Shown here piece after piece: positions 12,288 through 20,891 of a DNA stretch of 20,891 bases. The notes beneath the pieces are model-generated. The model was given only the letters and a program-made list of their open reading frames with translations. It searched no databases and was not told the origin of the DNA. The stretch is from positions 1 to 20,891 of the forward strand of contig NEEC01000118.1 in the NCBI GenBank assembly GCA_002189035.1. Direction: 5' to 3'. The stretch's first letter is position 1; each line of letters opens with the position of its first letter. The DNA comes from Utricularia gibba. Its lineage: Eukaryota > Plantae > Magnoliophyta. The position numbers and the translations under genes were made by a program.

Positions 12288-15200
12288 ATATGCGATCAAG
12301 ATGGAAAAAAGTCACATGTTACATCATGAATTTCGTGGCATCACTTATCCCAACACTGTTGTATACTCAGGATATGCGTAAATATTTATTTTTAACAAAT
12401 CCGGTGCACGTGTGATTTTTCGGCTGCATCCCGAATGGTGATGCGCAATGAAATGACTATGTCGCACATCCTGGTCCACGAAGCACCTCTTCGAAAACAT
12501 GTAGAGCCTTACTCTTCATAGCACACCATTGGGAAGCTTTATTCGTGCTCCAAGTAATATCATATGGAGTTACGTTTTTCCGATAACTGTGGACATATTA
12601 AAAACAACCTCAACGAAAAGTGTCTTCCGTGTCCTTCCTTGGTGGCTGCGTCTAAGAATGTGCTTCTCGTTCTCGACATTGATGCAAATGGGATACACGG
12701 CAAAAGAATCAAATAGCCACTAGAGACATGGTGTATGGGAATGGTGCATCAAGAATCAGAAGTATCATAGCAACTAATTGAATCAATCAACAGCCAAAAC
12801 ATATGGTGTCAAACTTCATCGGATATGCGATCAAGATGGAAAAAAGTCACATGTTACATCATGAATTTCGTGGCATCACTTATCCCAACACTGTTGTATA
12901 CTCAGGATATGCGTAAATATTTATTTTTAACAAATCCGGTGCACGTGTGATTTTTCGGCTGCATCCCGAATGGTGATGCGCAATGAAATGACTATGTCGC
13001 ACATCCTGGTCCACGAAGCACCTCTTCGAAAACATGTAGAGCCTTACTCTTCATAGCACACCATTGGGAAGCTTTATTCGTGCTCCAAGTAATATCATAT
13101 GGAGTTACGTTTTTCCGATAACTGTGGACATATTAAAAACAACCTCAACGAAAAGTGTCTTCCGTGTCCTTCCTTGGTGGCTGCGTCTAAGAATGTGCTT
13201 CTCGTTCTCGACATTGATGCAAATGGGATACACGGCAAAAGAATCAAATAGCCACTAGAGACATGGTGTATGGGAATGGTGCATCAAGAATCAGAAGTAT
13301 CATAGCAACTAATTGAATCAATCAACAGCCAAAACATATGGTGTCAAACTTCATCGGATATGCGATCAAGATGGAAAAAAGTCACATGTTACATCATGAA
13401 TTTCGTGGCATCACTTATCCCAACACTGTTGTATACTCAGGATATGCGTAAATATTTATTTTTAACAAATCCGGTGCACGTGTGATTTTTCGGCTGCATC
13501 CCGAATGGTGATGCGCAATGAAATGACTATGTCGCACATCCTGGTCCACGAAGCACCTCTTCGAAAACATGTAGAGCCTTACTCTTCATAGCACACCATT
13601 GGGAAGCTTTATTCGTGCTCCAAGTAATATCATATGGAGTTACGTTTTTCCGATAACTGTGGACATATTAAAAACAACCTCAACGAAAAGTGTCTTCCGT
13701 GTCCTTCCTTGGTGGCTGCGTCTAAGAATGTGCTTCTCGTTCTCGACATTGATGCAAATGGGATACACGGCAAAAGAATCAAATAGCCACTAGAGACATG
13801 GTGTATGGGAATGGTGCATCAAGAATCAGAAGTATCATAGCAACTAATTGAATCAATCAACAGCCAAAACATATGGTGTCAAACTTCATCGGATATGCGA
13901 TCAAGATGGAAAAAAGTCACATGTTACATCATGAATTTCGTGGCATCACTTATCCCAACACTGTTGTATACTCAGGATATGCGTAAATATTTATTTTTAA
14001 CAAATCCGGTGCACGTGTGATTTTTCGGCTGCATCCCGAATGGTGATGCGCAATGAAATGACTATGTCGCACATCCTGGTCCACGAAGCACCTCTTCGAA
14101 AACATGTAGAGCCTTACTCTTCATAGCACACCATTGGGAAGCTTTATTCGTGCTCCAAGTAATATCATATGGAGTTACGTTTTTCCGATAACTGTGGACA
14201 TATTAAAAACAACCTCAACGAAAAGTGTCTTCCGTGTCCTTCCTTGGTGGCTGCGTCTAAGAATGTGCTTCTCGTTCTCGACATTGATGCAAATGGGATA
14301 CACGGCAAAAGAATCAAATAGCCACTAGAGACATGGTGTATGGGAATGGTGCATCAAGAATCAGAAGTATCATAGCAACTAATTGAATCAATCAACAGCC
14401 AAAACATATGGTGTCAAACTTCATCGGATATGCGATCAAGATGGAAAAAAGTCACATGTTACATCATGAATTTCGTGGCATCACTTATCCCAACACTGTT
14501 GTATACTCAGGATATGCGTAAATATTTATTTTTAACAAATCCGGTGCACGTGTGATTTTTCGGCTGCATCCCGAATGGTGATGCGCAATGAAATGACTAT
14601 GTCGCACATCCTGGTCCACGAAGCACCTCTTCGAAAACATGTAGAGCCTTACTCTTCATAGCACACCATTGGGAAGCTTTATTCGTGCTCCAAGTAATAT
14701 CATATGGAGTTACGTTTTTCCGATAACTGTGGACATATTAAAAACAACCTCAACGAAAAGTGTCTTCCGTGTCCTTCCTTGGTGGCTGCGTCTAAGAATG
14801 TGCTTCTCGTTCTCGACATTGATGCAAATGGGATACACGGCAAAAGAATCAAATAGCCACTAGAGACATGGTGTATGGGAATGGTGCATCAAGAATCAGA
14901 AGTATCATAGCAACTAATTGAATCAATCAACAGCCAAAACATATGGTGTCAAACTTCATCGGATATGCGATCAAGATGGAAAAAAGTCACATGTTACATC
15001 ATGAATTTCGTGGCATCACTTATCCCAACACTGTTGTATACTCAGGATATGCGTAAATATTTATTTTTAACAAATCCGGTGCACGTGTGATTTTTCGGCT
15101 GCATCCCGAATGGTGATGCGCAATGAAATGACTATGTCGCACATCCTGGTCCACGAAGCACCTCTTCGAAAACATGTAGAGCCTTACTCTTCATAGCACA

Positions 15201-17637
15201 CCATTGGGAAGCTTTATTCGTGCTCCAAGTAATATCATATGGAGTTACGTTTTTCCGATAACTGTGGACATATTAAAAACAACCTCAACGAAAAGTGTCT
15301 TCCGTGTCCTTCCTTGGTGGCTGCGTCTAAGAATGTGCTTCTCGTTCTCGACATTGATGCAAATGGGATACACGGCAAAAGAATCAAATAGCCACTAGAG
15401 ACATGGTGTATGGGAATGGTGCATCAAGAATCAGAAGTATCATAGCAACTAATTGAATCAATCAACAGCCAAAACATATGGTGTCAAACTTCATCGGATA
15501 TGCGATCAAGATGGAAAAAAGTCACATGTTACATCATGAATTTCGTGGCATCACTTATCCCAACACTGTTGTATACTCAGGATATGCGTAAATATTTATT
15601 TTTAACAAATCCGGTGCACGTGTGATTTTTCGGCTGCATCCCGAATGGTGATGCGCAATGAAATGACTATGTCGCACATCCTGGTCCACGAAGCACCTCT
15701 TCGAAAACATGTAGAGCCTTACTCTTCATAGCACACCATTGGGAAGCTTTATTCGTGCTCCAAGTAATATCATATGGAGTTACGTTTTTCCGATAACTGT
15801 GGACATATTAAAAACAACCTCAACGAAAAGTGTCTTCCGTGTCCTTCCTTGGTGGCTGCGTCTAAGAATGTGCTTCTCGTTCTCGACATTGATGCAAATG
15901 GGATACACGGCAAAAGAATCAAATAGCCACTAGAGACATGGTGTATGGGAATGGTGCATCAAGAATCAGAAGTATCATAGCAACTAATTGAATCAATCAA
16001 CAGCCAAAACATATGGTGTCAAACTTCATCGGATATGCGATCAAGATGGAAAAAAGTCACATGTTACATCATGAATTTCGTGGCATCACTTATCCCAACA
16101 CTGTTGTATACTCAGGATATGCGTAAATATTTATTTTTAACAAATCCGGTGCACGTGTGATTTTTCGGCTGCATCCCGAATGGTGATGCGCAATGAAATG
16201 ACTATGTCGCACATCCTGGTCCACGAAGCACCTCTTCGAAAACATGTAGAGCCTTACTCTTCATAGCACACCATTGGGAAGCTTTATTCGTGCTCCAAGT
16301 AATATCATATGGAGTTACGTTTTTCCGATAACTGTGGACATATTAAAAACAACCTCAACGAAAAGTGTCTTCCGTGTCCTTCCTTGGTGGCTGCGTCTAA
16401 GAATGTGCTTCTCGTTCTCGACATTGATGCAAATGGGATACACGGCAAAAGAATCAAATAGCCACTAGAGACATGGTGTATGGGAATGGTGCATCAAGAA
16501 TCAGAAGTATCATAGCAACTAATTGAATCAATCAACAGCCAAAACATATGGTGTCAAACTTCATCGGATATGCGATCAAGATGGAAAAAAGTCACATGTT
16601 ACATCATGAATTTCGTGGCATCACTTATCCCAACACTGTTGTATACTCAGGATATGCGTAAATATTTATTTTTAACAAATCCGGTGCACGTGTGATTTTT
16701 CGGCTGCATCCCGAATGGTGATGCGCAATGAAATGACTATGTCGCACATCCTGGTCCACGAAGCACCTCTTCGAAAACATGTAGAGCCTTACTCTTCATA
16801 GCACACCATTGGGAAGCTTTATTCGTGCTCCAAGTAATATCATATGGAGTTACGTTTTTCCGATAACTGTGGACATATTAAAAACAACCTCAACGAAAAG
16901 TGTCTTCCGTGTCCTTCCTTGGTGGCTGCGTCTAAGAATGTGCTTCTCGTTCTCGACATTGATGCAAATGGGATACACGGCAAAAGAATCAAATAGCCAC
17001 TAGAGACATGGTGTATGGGAATGGTGCATCAAGAATCAGAAGTATCATAGCAACTAATTGAATCAATCAACAGCCAAAACATATGGTGTCAAACTTCATC
17101 GGATATGCGATCAAGATGGAAAAAAGTCACATGTTACATCATGAATTTCGTGGCATCACTTATCCCAACACTGTTGTATACTCAGGATATGCGTAAATAT
17201 TTATTTTTAACAAATCCGGTGCACGTGTGATTTTTCGGCTGCATCCCGAATGGTGATGCGCAATGAAATGACTATGTCGCACATCCTGGTCCACGAAGCA
17301 CCTCTTCGAAAACATGTAGAGCCTTACTCTTCATAGCACACCATTGGGAAGCTTTATTCGTGCTCCAAGTAATATCATATGGAGTTACGTTTTTCCGATA
17401 ACTGTGGACATATTAAAAACAACCTCAACGAAAAGTGTCTTCCGTGTCCTTCCTTGGTGGCTGCGTCTAAGAATGTGCTTCTCGTTCTCGACATTGATGC
17501 AAATGGGATACACGGCAAAAGAATCAAATAGCCACTAGAGACATGGTGTATGGGAATGGTGCATCAAGAATCAGAAGTATCATAGCAACTAATTGAATCA
17601 ATCAACAGCCAAAACATATGGTGTCAAACTTCATCGG
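12288..17637. repeat. Homogeneous core block, copies 24-33
   Basis: Ten consecutive units of exactly 535 nt with identical ORF translations in the track. I saw no variant by eye. Confidence 0.9.
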
Positions 17638-20600
17638 ATATGCGATCAAGATGGAAAAAAGTCACATGTTACATCATGAATTTCGTGGCATCACTTATCC
17701 CAACACTGTTGTATACTCAGGATATGCGTAAATATTTATTTTTAACAAATCCGGTGCACGTGTGATTTTTCGGCTGCATCCCGAATGGTGATGCGCAATG
17801 AAATGACTATGTCGCACATCCTGGTCCACGAAGCACCTCTTCGAAACATGTAGAGCCTTACTCTTCATAGCACACCATTGGGAAGCTTTATTCGTGCTCC
17901 AAGTAATATCATATGGAGTTACGTTTTTCCGATAACTGTGGACATATTAAAAACAACCTCAACGAAAAGTGTCTTCCGTGTCCTTCCTTGGTGGCTGCGT
18001 TTAAGAATGTGCTTCTCGTTCTCGACATTGATGCAAATGGGATACACGGCAAAAGAATCAAATAGCCACTAGAGACATGGTGTATGGGAATGGTGCATCA
18101 AGAATCAGAAGTATCATAGCAACTAATTGAATCAATCAACAGCCAAAACATATGGTGTCAAACTTCATCGGATATGCGATCAAGATGGAAAAAAGTCACA
18201 TGTTACATCATGAATTTCGTGGCATCACTTATCCCAACACTGTTGTATACTCAGGATATGCGTAAATATTTATTTTTAACAAATCCGGTGCACGTGTGAT
18301 TTTTCGGCTGCATCCCGAATGGTGATGCGCAATGAAATGACTATGTCGCACATCCTGGTCCACGAAGCACCTCTTCGAAAACATGTAGAGCCTTACTCTT
18401 CATAGCACACCATTGGGAAGCTTTATTCGTGCTCCAAGTAATATCATATGGAGTTACGTTTTTCCGATAACTGTGGACATATTAAAAACAACCTCAACGA
18501 AAAGTGTCTTCCGTGTCCTTCCTTGGTGGCTGCGTCTAAGAATGTGCTTCTCGTTCTCGACATTGATGCAAATGGGATACACGGCAAAAGAATCAAATAG
18601 CCACTAGAGACATGGTGTATGGGAATGGTGCATCAAGAATCAGAAGTATCATAGCAACTAATTGAATCAATCAACAGCCAAAACATATGGTGTCAAACTT
18701 CATCGGATATGCGATCAAGATGGAAAAAAGTCACATGTTACATCATGAATTTCGTGGCATCACTTATCCCAACACTGTTGTATACTCAGGATATGCGTAA
18801 ATATTTATTTTTAACAAATCCGGTGCACGTGTGATTTTTCGGCTGCATCCCGAATGGTGATGCGCAATGAAATGACTATGTCGCACATCCTGGTCCACGA
18901 AGCACCTCTTCGAAAACATGTAGAGCCTTACTCTTCATAGCACACCATTGGGAAGCTTTATTCGTGCTCCAAGTAATATCATATGGAGTTACGTTTTTCC
19001 GATAACTGTGGACATATTAAAAACAACCTCAACGAAAAGTGTCTTCCGTGTCCTTCCTTGGTGGCTGCGTCTAAGAATGTGCTTCTCGTTCTCGACATTG
19101 ATGCAAATGGGATACACGGCAAAAGAATCAAATAGCCACTAGAGACATGGTGTATGGGAATGGTGCATCAAGAATCAGAAGTATCATAGCAACTAATTGA
19201 ATCAATCAACAGCCAAAACATATGGTGTCAAACTTCATCGGATATGCGATCAAGATGGAAAAAAGTCACATGTTACATCATGAATTTCGTGGCATCACTT
19301 ATCCCAACACTGTTGTATACTCAGGATATGCGTAAATATTTATTTTTAACAAATCCGGTGCACGTGTGATTTTTCGGCTGCATCCCGAATGGTGATGCGC
19401 AATGAAATGACTATGTCGCACATCCTGGTCCACGAAGCACCTCTTCGAAACATGTAGAGCCTTACTCTTCATAGCACACCATTGGGAAGCTTTATTCGTG
19501 CTCCAAGTAATATCATATGGAGTTACGTTTTTCCGATAACTGTGGACATATTAAAAACAACCTCAACGAAAAGTGTCTTCCGTGTCCTTCCTTGGTGGCT
19601 GCGTTTAATAATGTGCTTCTCGTTCTCGACATTGATGCAAATGATACACGGCAAAAGAATCAAATAGCCACTAGAGACATGGTGTATGGGAATGGTGCAT
19701 CAAGAATCAGAAGTATCATAGCAACTAATTGAATCAATCAACAGCCAAAACATATGGTGTCAAACTTCATCGGATATGCGATCAAGATGGAAAAAAGTCA
19801 CATGTTACATCATGAATTTCGTGGCATCACTTATCCCAACACTGTTGTATACTCAGGATATGCGTAAATATTATTTTTAACAAATCCGGTGCACGTGTGA
19901 TTTTTCGGCTGCATCCCGAATGGTGATGCGCAATGAAATGACTATGTCGCACATCCTGGTCCACGAAGCACCTCTTCGAAACATGTAGAGCCTTACTCTT
20001 CATAGCACACCATTGGGAAGCTTTATTCGTGCTCAAGTAATATCATATGGAGTTACGTTTTTCCGATAACTGTGGACATATTAAAAACAACCTCAACGAA
20101 AAGTGTCTTCCGTGTCCTTCTTGGTGGCTGCGTAATAATGTGCTTCTCGTTCTCGACATTGATGCAAATGGATACACGGCAAAAGATCAAATAGCCACTA
20201 GAGACATGGTGTATGGGAATGGTGCATCAAGAATCAGAAGTATCATAGCAACTAATTGAATCAATCAACAGCCAAAACATATGGTGTCAAACTTCATCGG
20301 ATATGCGATCAAGATGGAAAAAAGTCACATGTTACATCATGAATTTCGTGGCATCACTTATCCCAACACTGTTGTATACTCAGGATATGCGTAAATATTT
20401 ATTTTTAACAAATCCGGTGCACGTGTGATTTTTCGGCTGCATCCCGAATGGTGATGCGCAATGAAATGACTATGTCGCACATCCTGGTCCACGAAGCACC
20501 TCTTCGAAAACATGTAGAGCCTTACTCTTCATAGCACACCATTGGGAAGCTTTATTCGTGCTCCAAGTAATATCATATGGAGTTACGTTTTTCCGATAAC

Positions 20601-20834
20601 TGTGGACATATTAAAAACAACCTCAACGAAAAGTGTCTTCCGTGTCCTTCCTTGGTGGCTGCGTCTAAGAATGTGCTTCTCGTTCTCGACATTGATGCAA
20701 ATGGGATACACGGCAAAAGAATCAAATAGCCACTAGAGACATGGTGTATGGAATGGTGCATCAAGAATCAGAAGTATCATAGCAACTAATTGAATCAATC
20801 AACAGCCAAAACATATGGTGTCAAACTTCATCGG

Positions 20835-20891
20835 ATATGCGATCAAGATGGAAAAAAGTCACATGTTACATCATGAATTTTCGTGGCATCA
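20835..20891. repeat. Partial 40th copy, truncated by the window end
   Basis: Matches the first 56 nt of the unit with one extra T (GAATTTTCG versus GAATTTCG). Confidence 0.95.

Larger units (their letters stand above)
1..20891. repeat. Tandem array of a 535-bp unit, 39 full copies plus a 57-nt partial copy, all in direct orientation
   Basis: Units begin ATATGCGATCAAG at 1, 528, 1060, 1596, 2130, 2665, 3199, 3733 ... 19242, 19774, 20301, 20835. The anchor TTGGGAAGC recurs 39 times (241 to 20542), mostly 535 nt apart (527-535 where indels occur). Confidence 0.99.

Noticed and set aside
19827-20764. Minus-strand ORFs of 69 and 63 aa, and the 70-aa plus-strand ORF, near the right end
   Set aside because: They exist only because local indels fuse frames in the error-rich terminal copies.
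1-20891. Never-ending concatemer ORF as in DRT2/Neo
   Set aside because: 535 is not a multiple of 3 and every frame on both strands contains stops.
1-20891. CRISPR array, or a 5S rDNA, spliced-leader or snRNA gene array
   Set aside because: There is no repeat-spacer alternation. I found only short chance matches to 5S (for example TGCACCGGAT on the minus strand) and no recognisable SL, Sm-site or U-snRNA sequence.
1-20891. Raw PacBio subread or R2C2 library artefact
   Set aside because: Orientation does not alternate and there is no adapter or splint between copies. Amplification of a natural circle remains possible.

Overview
The whole 20,891-bp window is one head-to-tail tandem array of a 535-bp unit: 39 complete copies plus a 57-nt partial 40th copy. 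There is no unique flanking sequence, inversion, adapter or spacer. By my count the unit is about 41% GC with no CpG depletion, and I cannot recognise a protein, rRNA, tRNA, snRNA, CRISPR or ribozyme in it. The repeated 64-aa ORF in the track is the same short frame recurring and has no support as a gene. Central copies are essentially identical. The roughly 30 differences I found are mostly 1-nt homopolymer indels concentrated at both window ends, plus a few recurrent hotspots and one recurring two-substitution haplotype. The most interesting signal is a hairpin in each unit whose minus-strand loop reads TATGATATTACT, close to the rolling-circle nick loop TATAATATTAC of begomoviruses. It is followed by a TATA-like element and tandem iteron-like repeats. 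My hypothesis, which is inference, is that this is a concatemer of a tiny non-coding circular replicon or satellite. A true chromosomal satellite or tandem amplification, or an assembly multimer, cannot be excluded from sequence alone.
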